In this document: positions 52,549-61,024 of the stretch, in pieces | How the letters are laid out: each line of letters begins with the position of its first letter | Position numbering within the stretch: the stretch's first letter is position 1 | Assembly: GCA_965203325.1 (NCBI GenBank) | Contig: OZ241875.1 | Location: 3,744,001-3,808,000, forward strand | Source of the DNA: a bacterium | GTDB taxonomy: Bacteria; UBA8248 | Length of the DNA stretch: 64,000 nucleotides | Direction of reading: 5' to 3' | Translations under genes and position numbers: made by a program | Notes under the pieces: model-generated | Database searches by the model: none | Seen by the model: the letters and a program-made list of their open reading frames with translations, nothing else | What the model was told of the DNA's origin: nothing

Positions 52549-52761
52549 TGTAGGGGCCGCATATATGCGGCCCATGACGGGCGGAGAAAAAGGCCGGGTC
52601 GCATGTATGCGACCCCTACAACAGGAGCGACAATGACGCCGGAATGACGGCCAATAACGGACCACGTGCGGCTACTGGGGCAGGGCGGCCACGGGGGGCC
52701 GCCCCTACGGGTTCGTATTGTTACGTTCGGTTTTTGTAGGGACAGGCCCCTGTGCCTGTCC
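52549..52761. repeat. Cluster of four GTAG-type REP palindromes (two classes)
   Basis: 52549-52573(+), 52596-52620(-), 52683-52708(-) and 52736-52761(+); each is GTAG followed by a perfect GC-rich stem. Confidence 0.8.
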
Positions 52762-52787
52762 GAGGTCGCTCGGAATGCCTGCCCGTA

Positions 52788-53885
52788 TTACAGATCGAGG
52801 CGGAATTTGTGCACCGCCTCTTCGTTCACTTCCACGCCCAGACCCGGACCCTCGGGCACCTTGACGACCCCGCCTTCCGCCACGAAGCCGGTGACGATGT
52901 CCTCATCGTGCCAGGCGGGGGCCTTGCCCGATTCGTTGTAGACGATAGCAGGCGTCGAGGCGAAAAGGTGCGCGCAGGCGGCGTCGTTCAGCGCGCTGTG
53001 GATCACGCTGCCGCAGATGCCCTCGATGCCGTTTATCTCGATGAGGGCGGCGGCTTTTTTCGCATGTAACAGACCGCCCTCGCGGTTGACTTTCAGGTTC
53101 ACGATGTCGGCGGCGCGCCTGCGGGCGATTCGGGCCAGATAGTCGGGCCGGAACGACTCGTCCGCGCAGATGGGGATGCGCGTGTTCTTGTTGACGAACT
53201 CCAGGCCGTCCAGATCGTTGCCGGGCACGGGCTGCTCCAGCATGGTGACCCCGAACTCCTCGATGCGCGCACACATCTGCACGGCGAGCTTGGGCGTCCA
53301 GCTCATGTTCGCATCGACGACGATGTGCGCCTCATCTCCCGCCGCCTCCCGGGCCGCCGCCACGCGCGCGATGCTCGTCTTCGTGTCGCGGTTCATCTTC
53401 ACCTTGAACGAGGTGATGCCCAAAGCCATCGATTCCGCCGCGAGTTCTGCGGTTCTTTCCGGTGATTCGAGCGGCAGGATGTCGAAGGCGGGCATCTCGT
53501 CCCTGATTTTTCCGCCCAGCAGATCGTAGACCGGACAACCCAGCATGCGCCCGATGAGATCGTGCACCGCGCAGTCGACCGCCGCCTTTGGCGAATAATG
53601 GAAGGGGATGGCCTTTTCCATCCTGTGGGCGATGCGTTCCCTGTCGAAGGGGTTGCAGTCGGCGACGGCGGGCACCAGGTATTCATCGAGTATCTGGTAC
53701 GCGCTCTTGAGCGTCTCCCCGGTCGGAAACGAGCGCAGCGGCGCCCCGCCCCAGCCCGAAACGCCCTCGCAGGTGATTTTAACGACGATGTCTTCTGAAT
53801 GCGTCGCGGTGCGCGTGGCGCTCTTGTAGGGATGGTTGAGCGGGATGGCGACGGGGAAGAGTTCTATTTTCTCGATTTTTCTCAT
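52788..53885 (-). CDS. Enolase superfamily, muconate cycloisomerase/dipeptide epimerase subgroup
   Basis: FKVK, DAN, EQP, ADES, NLK..REGG and PEGPGLGV motifs. Confidence 0.88.
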   Translation of the reverse strand: MRKIEKIELFPVAIPLNHPYKSATRTATHSEDIVVKITCEGVSGWGGAPLRSFPTGETLKSAYQILDEYLVPAVADCNPFDRERIAHRMEKAIPFHYSPKAAVDCAVHDLIGRMLGCPVYDLLGGKIRDEMPAFDILPLESPERTAELAAESMALGITSFKVKMNRDTKTSIARVAAAREAAGDEAHIVVDANMSWTPKLAVQMCARIEEFGVTMLEQPVPGNDLDGLEFVNKNTRIPICADESFRPDYLARIARRRAADIVNLKVNREGGLLHAKKAAALIEINGIEGICGSVIHSALNDAACAHLFASTPAIVYNESGKAPAWHDEDIVTGFVAEGGVVKVPEGPGLGVEVNEEAVHKFRLDL

Positions 53886-53913
53886 TCGTGCTCTCGGCTC
53901 CAATGGCGGGGGA

Positions 53914-54312
53914 TCACACGTGCAGCATCACCAGGTCTTTTTCGAGCGTGACTTCATACGTCTCGATGGAGGGGTCTTCTTCCGCCTCGAGCGTCACCTC
54001 ATAGGTTTTGACGCGCATCCTGTGGGGATTGAAGACCGAGCGCCCGTTCGTGATGTCGAACTCCCAGCAATGCCATGGGCACACGAGAACCTGCTCGTCC
54101 ATCACGTATTCGTAGCTGTGGGGCCTGGAGGATTTCATGGTTCCCTTGACCTTGCCGAGACACAGCGGCGCGCCCTGGTGCGGGCAGGAGTTCCTGACCG
54201 CGTACAGGGAATCCTTGATGTTGAACACGCCGATGGAGCGGCCCTCGACCTCGACGATCTTCCGCGCACCGGGGGGCAGTTCCGATATTTTGCACACCAG
54301 GTGTTTCGCCAT
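53914..54312 (-). CDS. Rieske [2Fe-2S] ferredoxin
   Basis: NSCPHQGAPL and CPWHCWEFDI motifs; RBS GAGG before ATG 54312. Confidence 0.92.
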   Translation of the reverse strand: MAKHLVCKISELPPGARKIVEVEGRSIGVFNIKDSLYAVRNSCPHQGAPLCLGKVKGTMKSSRPHSYEYVMDEQVLVCPWHCWEFDITNGRSVFNPHRMRVKTYEVTLEAEEDPSIETYEVTLEKDLVMLHV

Positions 54313-54328
54313 GCGCGCCTCACCCGTT

Positions 54329-55156
54329 CTAGTTTTCCGCCGCCGCGGCCGCCGCTTTTTCCCGCAGCATCTCTTCGAGCTTCGGCATGGCCCGCACCGA
54401 CGCGTAGCGCGCGTGCTGGCCGCTTTGCGTCGAGAGGCTCCGCTTAGACCCCTTCGGGATGTGGATGATGGAGCCGGGGCCCGACGCTTGCCGCTCATCG
54501 TCCACCTGGGCGTCGATGACTCCCTTGATGACGTATACGAATTGCTCGTGCGCGTTCTCGGCCGTCTGATCCTCGAAGCCCTCGGGAATCTCGCCGTAGC
54601 CGAACGCGAGGCGCCCGCCTTCGATCCACACGGTGTGGCGGCCCGAAGATGCGGGAGCGTCGAAGGAGGGGAGTATCGGATAATAGGAGTTGTTCAGGCC
54701 TTCGACGATGATCTGCGCCTTGGAGGCGTCTTTTTCGAGATTTTCGGTGGAGCCGTCCTCGTACATTTCGTTGATCTCTTCGACACTGGGCGCCTTGTCC
54801 GGCACGACCTGATCCCTGTCCAGACCCACGACCGTCCAGGAGCGGTCCTTCACATAGAGGTAATCCATGTCTCCGTCTTCGGTGGCGATCATCTGGTGCT
54901 GGGCGTACGCGGGTACGTGAACGAAGGTGCCCGGCGTGACAACTCTCCTGTCCTTTCCGACGAGCGCGTTGATTTTCCCGCGGATGGGAAAAATCATGAG
55001 TTCGTTGGGGTGGTAGTGTATCTGGGAACCCGTGCCGGCCACCTTGCTGACCTGGCAGAAATACATGAATTCCCCCTCGACGATGGCTCCCTGTCCGGAG
55101 GAGAGATGGGGCGAGACGGCTTTTTTCTCGATTTCCTCGAAACGGTGGAACGGCAT
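54329..55156 (-). CDS. Bicupin protein
   Basis: HYHPNE...VPAYAQH in domain 1; degenerate HEQFVY...HIPKG in domain 2; RBS AAGGAG. Confidence 0.8.
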   Translation of the reverse strand: MPFHRFEEIEKKAVSPHLSSGQGAIVEGEFMYFCQVSKVAGTGSQIHYHPNELMIFPIRGKINALVGKDRRVVTPGTFVHVPAYAQHQMIATEDGDMDYLYVKDRSWTVVGLDRDQVVPDKAPSVEEINEMYEDGSTENLEKDASKAQIIVEGLNNSYYPILPSFDAPASSGRHTVWIEGGRLAFGYGEIPEGFEDQTAENAHEQFVYVIKGVIDAQVDDERQASGPGSIIHIPKGSKRSLSTQSGQHARYASVRAMPKLEEMLREKAAAAAAEN

Positions 55157-55388
55157 TCGATAAACTCCTTTTTTGACGAAGTTGTCCCTGCAGTAGTTTT
55201 CCCGTAAATCACGGCGAATCAAAAAATTTTGTTGTCAGGTTTGTTGAACCCAAGGCGCGAATGTTACCCTTTCCCGTCGCGTCTGACAATTTATGATCGA
55301 CAAAAAATGACGCGTCCCCCGGCGTTTGCTGGCGGTGGGCGCAAACGTGGATTCTTGACGGCGTATATCAAACTTACTGGGGGTTGTT

Positions 55389-56390
55389 ATGGCGAATGAA
55401 AAAGTACGGCTGGCGTCCATCGGCCTGGCCAACTGGGGAACCATGCTGGCGAATGCCGCGAAAAGGGCGGGGAACGTGGAGATTACCCGGTGCTTCACGA
55501 GAACCGAGTCCTCGCGCGAGGAGTTTGCGGAGAAATTCGGGTGCCGCCCGGCGGCGTCTTTTGAAGAAGTGCTGAAAGATGACGAAGTAGAGGGCATTCT
55601 CATCGCCACGCCCCATTCCACGCATACGGACCTGATCACGCAGGCGGCATCGGCGGGCAAGCACGTCTTCGTCGAAAAGCCGCTCACCCTGACGGTGGCC
55701 GATGCGGACAAGTGCATCGAAGCCACTGAAAAAGCGGGCGTTACGCTTCTGATCGGACACCACAGGAGGAGGCAGGGCGCGAACCGCCGGATACGCGCGA
55801 TGATAGACGAGGGCGCGCTCGGGATGATTCACGCCCTGGAGGCGAACCTCTCGAATCCCAACGGCCAAAACCCGAGAAGCGGCTGGCGGAACGACCCGGC
55901 GGAATGCCCGGCGGGGGGCATGACGGGGCTTGGCGTCCACATGGTGGACAATCTCCAGTACCTAGCCGGCCCCGCGAAGCGGGTGAGCGCGTTCAGCAAG
56001 CAACTGTTCGCCGCGGGCAATCTGGACGACGTGACGAACATCATCCTCGAATACGAGAGCGGCCCGCTCGGCTACATCACAACCTGCTACGTCACTTCCA
56101 AGCAGTGCACGACGTCGGCCCACGGCACCGAAGCCTCCGCATGGAGCGAAGACGAGGGCGAGCGGCTCTATCTCCAGAAAAAAGACGAAACCCAGAGGAG
56201 CGAGCTTTCCGTGGACGGCGGCGATGCGCTCGCGGAAGAAATACAGGAATTCGGCAGGTGCATCCGGGGCGAGGCCACACCCGAGACGGACGGGGCGGCA
56301 GCGCGGGAAGTCGTGGCCGTTCTGGAATCGATCGTCGAGAGTGCGAAGAGCGGGCGCGTTGTGGATGTTTCGGAGATCAGGGGGCACTGA
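55389..56390 (+). CDS. Gfo/Idh/MocA family oxidoreductase
   Basis: IATPHSTH, GKHVFVEKP and GVHMVD motifs. Confidence 0.9.
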   Translation: MANEKVRLASIGLANWGTMLANAAKRAGNVEITRCFTRTESSREEFAEKFGCRPAASFEEVLKDDEVEGILIATPHSTHTDLITQAASAGKHVFVEKPLTLTVADADKCIEATEKAGVTLLIGHHRRRQGANRRIRAMIDEGALGMIHALEANLSNPNGQNPRSGWRNDPAECPAGGMTGLGVHMVDNLQYLAGPAKRVSAFSKQLFAAGNLDDVTNIILEYESGPLGYITTCYVTSKQCTTSAHGTEASAWSEDEGERLYLQKKDETQRSELSVDGGDALAEEIQEFGRCIRGEATPETDGAAAREVVAVLESIVESAKSGRVVDVSEIRGH

Positions 56391-56392
56391 GG

Positions 56393-57412
56393 GTGAGCAC
56401 GGATTCCTGGGAAATCGGGGGCGTGGCGATAGCCGCAGGCTCCTATGAATACGTGAAAATCCCGGTGGCGCGGATGCTCACCGGCTCGGAGACCGGTCTG
56501 CCCCTCCATTGCGTGAGAGGGGCGAAACCCGGCCCCACCCTGTCCGTTCTGGCTTGCGTCCACGGGGATGAGCCGCAGCCCATTCGCGCGTTCCAGAACG
56601 TAATCGCGCAAATCGATCGCGCGCAGTTGAGCGGCGCTCTTCTTCTCGTTCCGGTAGCGAACCCGTTCGCCTTTGCGAATTTCTCGCGGCAATCGCCGGA
56701 CCAGCACGAGCAGACGAACCTCTGGGGCGCGTTTCCGGGTTCCGCCAAGGGGACGCTCACGCAGCGCTACGCGCACAAGATACGTGAAATCCTTATCGAG
56801 AATGCGGATTATCTCGTGGAGTTTCACTCCGGCGGGGCGGCCGGGAGAATCCAGAGGCGCGTCGACATGGACCCGGACTATGAGGGCGCGCTCGGCGAGA
56901 AATCGCGCGAGATGGCGGTCGCTTTCGCGAGCGGGGGTGCTGCGCTGGTTCACGGTGTGCCTTTCAGCAAATCGAGCGCTTCGGGCCATTCGCTCACGCA
57001 AGGGATACCGGCCGTCAGCGTCGAGATTGGCGGCGCCTATCTGCCCGAATGCGAGGAGAACCTTTATCGCTACGACCTCGAACAAGGTTTCTTGAACCTC
57101 CTCGTTCATCTGGGGATGCTCCCGGGGGAAGAGAAGAGAGAGAAAATCACCTATTTCGGTTTCGCCCACCGCGCCGAGGCGAATCCCTCGAGCGGCGGAT
57201 ACCTCATCTCGCGGAAAACGCATTTCGCAGACCTGGGCGCCAAGGTGAGCGAAGGGGAGCTTCTGGGTGAGATGCTCGACCCTTTCAGCCTTGAAGTGGT
57301 CGAGGAGTTGCGAAGCCCCGCCGATGGGATTCTTTTCTTCAGCAGGTGCAGCGGGCCGTTCGAGGTGGGGAACAAGGGGTTCGCCGTCGCGACCGAATAT
57401 ACGGAAATCTAA
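56393..57412 (+). CDS. Succinylglutamate desuccinylase/aspartoacylase family (M14-like) deacylase
   Basis: VHGDE, PVANP, EFHSGG and VEIGG motifs plus a C-terminal biotinyl-like hairpin (SPADG); GTG start right after the upstream stop. Confidence 0.85.
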   Translation: MSTDSWEIGGVAIAAGSYEYVKIPVARMLTGSETGLPLHCVRGAKPGPTLSVLACVHGDEPQPIRAFQNVIAQIDRAQLSGALLLVPVANPFAFANFSRQSPDQHEQTNLWGAFPGSAKGTLTQRYAHKIREILIENADYLVEFHSGGAAGRIQRRVDMDPDYEGALGEKSREMAVAFASGGAALVHGVPFSKSSASGHSLTQGIPAVSVEIGGAYLPECEENLYRYDLEQGFLNLLVHLGMLPGEEKREKITYFGFAHRAEANPSSGGYLISRKTHFADLGAKVSEGELLGEMLDPFSLEVVEELRSPADGILFFSRCSGPFEVGNKGFAVATEYTEI

Positions 57413-57481
57413 CCAACCGCGCATAAGCGCGCAATTTATCTATGGACCTTGGAACTACTGATTTGGAGGAAACGCAAGAAG

Positions 57482-57916
57482 ATGCCTTTTTACGATCCTG
57501 AGACGATGGACCAAAAACTGGCGGGGGCGAGCTACAGCACCTCCGAGGGCGTGTGGGTGGACGGCGATCGCGTCATTTTCGGCGTCATCAACAAGCCGGC
57601 GGGTACGGGCAGCAGGCCGCACCGCCACCCCAACGAGCAGTTCATCTTCGTGCAGCAGGGCAGCCTGCAGGCGATGATCGACGGTGAGCGGAAAACGGTC
57701 GGTAAAGGGGGAATCATCCACATACCGGCGAATTCCCTCCACAGCATGGTGGCCACGGACGATGAGGACGTCATCTTCATCGTGGCGAAGGATACGACCT
57801 GGCAGATCGAGGGTGTCGCCGAGGATGATTCGTCCTACGGCGCCTACATCGGCGAGGGCGCAGATGCGGGCGTGGCCGCCCGGTTCCGTGATATTGCCGA
57901 AAAAGGCCCCGAATAA
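57482..57916 (+). CDS. Cupin domain protein
   Basis: PHRHPNEQ...G and HIPANSLH motifs. Confidence 0.85.
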   Translation: MPFYDPETMDQKLAGASYSTSEGVWVDGDRVIFGVINKPAGTGSRPHRHPNEQFIFVQQGSLQAMIDGERKTVGKGGIIHIPANSLHSMVATDDEDVIFIVAKDTTWQIEGVAEDDSSYGAYIGEGADAGVAARFRDIAEKGPE

Positions 57917-58164
57917 AGCGATAATCGGCCCTGGCAGGCAAAGCAGTTCGAGTCGATGATCGCGCAAGAAATTCCATGATTCGAAAACGAGAAAATCTTT
58001 GCCCGATGATTTTGACTTGAGAAAGCAATTTTGCAAGAATGCCCGCAAATCGGACTTAAGCCGCAATGAACCACTTAAGAACTGACGGATAACTCCATGG
58101 CTTCGGCTGTGGACATATTGCATACGATATTATTTGAAATTCGCACGATTTGGGAGGCTGTTTG

Positions 58165-59034
58165 ATGGCCACGGCAACAGATGAAGTCAGACGGGATGAC
58201 GTAAAACTACCTGACGAGTACACGAAGCAGGAAAGATTCTGGATGTGGATCAAGGACAACGTCCCGAGCTTCATCGCGGTGCTCGTGATATGGGAGGGCA
58301 TCGCCTGGTACGTGAGCGAACCCGCGCTGTTTCCGCGCGTCTTTCCCATAGTCCACCGTTTTTATGAAGTCACCTTCCTGAAATCCGGCGAGACCATGTG
58401 CGTCCTGTGCGTGCATTCCTACCACACCGCCTGGCGGATCATGGTGGGCATGATAATCGCCGGCTTCGTGGGGATAGCCATCGGCATCGCCATGGGCCGC
58501 GTCGGCTGGTTCGAGAAGTTCATGATCCCCATACTGAGCATGCTCCTGCCCATCCCGGCCCTGGCCTGGAGCCCGATTCTCGTCCTGTGGTTCGGCCTCG
58601 GCAACACGACCATGATCTTCATCACCGCGTTCGCCGCCGCACTCCCGGCCATCTCATCCACCTGGACGGGGGTGAAGACCATCAACCCGATATGGATACG
58701 GGCGGCGCAATCGATGAACGCCGAGGGGATGACCCTGTTCTGGAAGGTCATCTTCCCCGGTTCGCTGCCCTTCATCCTCTCGGGTATCCGCATCGGCCTG
58801 GCGCGCGCATGGCGCGCCGGCATCGCCGGTGAGATGGTGGCCGCGAGCGACTGGGGCCTGGGCTACGCCATCTTCGACAGCCGCGAGGACCTCGATACCG
58901 CCTTCATGCTGGTGGGGATCGCGGCCATCGCCCTGGTCGGGTTCGTGATGGAGAAGTTCATCTTCGAGAAGTTCGAGAAGGTGACCGTCGTCAAGTGGGG
59001 CATGATGGAAGAGGTCGGCGGCCAGCGCCAGTAA
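58165..59034 (+). CDS. Nitrate/sulfonate/taurine ABC permease (SsuC/TauC-like)
   Basis: PIPALAWSP, RAAQSM, LPFILSGIRIG and GEMVAA..GLG motifs. Confidence 0.9.
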   Translation: MATATDEVRRDDVKLPDEYTKQERFWMWIKDNVPSFIAVLVIWEGIAWYVSEPALFPRVFPIVHRFYEVTFLKSGETMCVLCVHSYHTAWRIMVGMIIAGFVGIAIGIAMGRVGWFEKFMIPILSMLLPIPALAWSPILVLWFGLGNTTMIFITAFAAALPAISSTWTGVKTINPIWIRAAQSMNAEGMTLFWKVIFPGSLPFILSGIRIGLARAWRAGIAGEMVAASDWGLGYAIFDSREDLDTAFMLVGIAAIALVGFVMEKFIFEKFEKVTVVKWGMMEEVGGQRQ

Positions 59035-59060
59035 CGGATATCACCGATAGCCTAAAAGGT

Positions 59061-59093
59061 AAGGCCGGCTCCCGTTGGGGGCCGGCCTTTTTG
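59061..59093. terminator. Intrinsic terminator between convergent genes
   Basis: AAGGCCGGC...GCCGGCCTT stem followed by TTTTT. Confidence 0.8.
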
Positions 59094-59119
59094 TTTGTGT
59101 TCCTGATGCGGAAGTGAGG

Positions 59120-59872
59120 CTAGTTGCCGCGCACCGCTTCTGTCGCCATGTGTTCGAGTTCGATCACCCTCGGGTCGAAGGGGTCCCGGGGGCGCGGCAC
59201 GTCCACCTTGATCTCCTTGTGAATCACCCCCGGCTGGCCCGCGAGAACGATGATCCTGTCGGCGAGGTAGACCGCCTCGCTCAGGTTGTGCGTGACGTAG
59301 AAGATGGTTTTTTTCGTTTTCTCCCAGACCTCGACCGTCAGCGACTGGAGGTTCTCGCGCGTCTGCGCGTCGAGCGCGCCGAAGGGCTCGTCCATCAGCA
59401 TGAACTGGGGCTCGTAGGCGTACGCCCTCGCCACGGCGACGCGCTGCTTCATGCCGCCCGAGAGGTTGTGGGGATAGAGGTGGGTGAACTTTTCGAGGTG
59501 GACGAGTTCGAGAAATTGCTGCGCCTTCTGCCTGCGTTCCTCTTTGGTCATGCCCTTCATCTCGAGGCCGAACTCGACGTTCCTGAGCGCCGTGCGCCAC
59601 GGGAACAGCGCGTACTCCTGAAACACGACGCCCCGGTTCATGCGGCCCGCCGCCGAAATCGCGTTGCCGTCGAGCAGAATGGAGCCCGCCGTGTGATTCA
59701 GGAATCCGGCCAGGATGTTCAGCAGCGTGGTCTTCCCGCATCCGGACAACCCCACGACGCAGAGGAACTCGCCGTCCTGAATGTCGAGGTTGATGTCCTT
59801 TAAGGCGTGGACTTTCCTGTCCTTCAGGTAGTATTCCATGTGCAGATTCTTGATGCTTACTTTCACCGGCAT
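59120..59872 (-). CDS. Nitrate/sulfonate/taurine ABC ATPase (SsuB/TauB-like)
   Basis: GLSGCGKTT, VFQEYALFPW, LSGGMKQR and MDEPFGALDAQTR motifs. Confidence 0.93.
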   Translation of the reverse strand: MPVKVSIKNLHMEYYLKDRKVHALKDINLDIQDGEFLCVVGLSGCGKTTLLNILAGFLNHTAGSILLDGNAISAAGRMNRGVVFQEYALFPWRTALRNVEFGLEMKGMTKEERRQKAQQFLELVHLEKFTHLYPHNLSGGMKQRVAVARAYAYEPQFMLMDEPFGALDAQTRENLQSLTVEVWEKTKKTIFYVTHNLSEAVYLADRIIVLAGQPGVIHKEIKVDVPRPRDPFDPRVIELEHMATEAVRGN

Positions 59873-60004
59873 GTTGTTCGGTCCTTATGAGATATCTGAT
59901 AGATGTTGATTTCACTTTTTTGTTTTTTGCGATGAATCCGAAAAATAGCGCAGATGAATCGCCTTCGTCAATTCCGTCGGGCTACTCGATTCGTTTCGCC
60001 AAAA

Positions 60005-60763
60005 TCAGAAAATGGCGGCAAGCCCCTCGAAGTTCATCACCACGAGAATACCCCCCATGATGAACAGTATGAGCGTGACGATTCGGAAGAACGCCTGGTC
60101 TGTAAAAATGTTGTAAATCTTCGTGCCCACGAAAAAGCCGAGCAGCACGGGCGTCGTCAGGATGAGGATGAGCCACAGGGCCGTCGCGCCGATGTAGCCC
60201 GCCGCTGCGATGGAGGCGATGGCCGCGACTCTGAGCACGACCTGGCTCGCGCTCAGCACGAACAGGTAGCGCTCCTTGGAGATTTTCATCCCCGTGAGGT
60301 AGGAGGCGATGACGTGGGAGGGGATGTTGATGGTGCCCAGCATCAGCCCTGCGACCGCTCCCATCCCCAGGGATCGCTTGAGCGAATCTTCGGGAGCGGG
60401 TTTCTCGGGCTGGAGCCATTGCCAGACGATCTGGCATATGATGAAGGCGCCCAGGATGAATTTCATCAGGCGCGGGTCGGTGTTCAGGAGTATCGTGAGG
60501 CCGGCGGCCAGACCCACCAGGCTCATCGAGAAGAAGGGGATGAAGGGTCTCAGACCCTCGTGGACGGCGGCGCGCGTCCGCCAGGCGTTCATGAGGCTCG
60601 TGCACAGGGTGGGGATGGAGATGACGGCGATGGCCGTCGGCAAGTCCCAGAAGATGGCCACGGTGGGCGTCGTCAGGGTGGCGAAGCCGAACCCGCCCAC
60701 CGCCTTGAGACCCGAGCCGACGAATGCGGCGCAAAAAACCAGAATGTATACCAGAGGACTCAA
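60005..60763 (-). CDS. TauE/SafE family sulfite exporter (start uncertain)
   Basis: GGFGFA near the N-terminus, about 8 TM helices, GAVAGLMLG. Confidence 0.8.
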   Translation of the reverse strand: MSPLVYILVFCAAFVGSGLKAVGGFGFATLTTPTVAIFWDLPTAIAVISIPTLCTSLMNAWRTRAAVHEGLRPFIPFFSMSLVGLAAGLTILLNTDPRLMKFILGAFIICQIVWQWLQPEKPAPEDSLKRSLGMGAVAGLMLGTINIPSHVIASYLTGMKISKERYLFVLSASQVVLRVAAIASIAAAGYIGATALWLILILTTPVLLGFFVGTKIYNIFTDQAFFRIVTLILFIMGGILVVMNFEGLAAIF

Positions 60764-61024
60764 GATAACCCCGTCAAAAAGAATTTTTACGCCGGGCGAG
60801 ATGAGGCTGAATGCGTCTCTCTGAGACGTGAACGGCTCATTGCGAGAAATCCACAAACATGGCGCTCAACCTTGACGCTGCTGCGTTTATGTCGGCATTA
60901 TAACCGCCAACCTTGGGTACGGAAAATCTCACAGGCTTGTTCCATCATTATGTGCCGGATGCCCCTTTTCGGTATCTGGGTGACGGTGAAGGACAGGCTC
61001 CGCCACTGGAATCGAGGGTTTTGA

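Noticed and set aside
52424..52787. Possible CRISPR array or small ORFs in the repeat-rich intergenic region
   Set aside because: The repeats are inverted and of two types, with no regular spacers and no cas genes. The ORFs are translations of REP palindromes.
55904..56392. Long N-terminal extension of the deacylase ORF (likewise 27103 for leuD and 4235 for the B12 subunit)
   Set aside because: Overlaps the neighbouring gene in another frame or strand; downstream starts with RBS or coupling fit better.
45111..57916. DMSP/DMSO catabolic island (acuI, DMSO-reductase family enzyme, cupins as Ddd lyases)
   Set aside because: The cupin motifs are generic, the genes are in separate transcription units, and no dmdA/dddD/dddP-like gene is present.
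58398..58418. CVLCVH in the permease as a heme c site
   Set aside because: The spacing is CxxCxH, not CxxCH.
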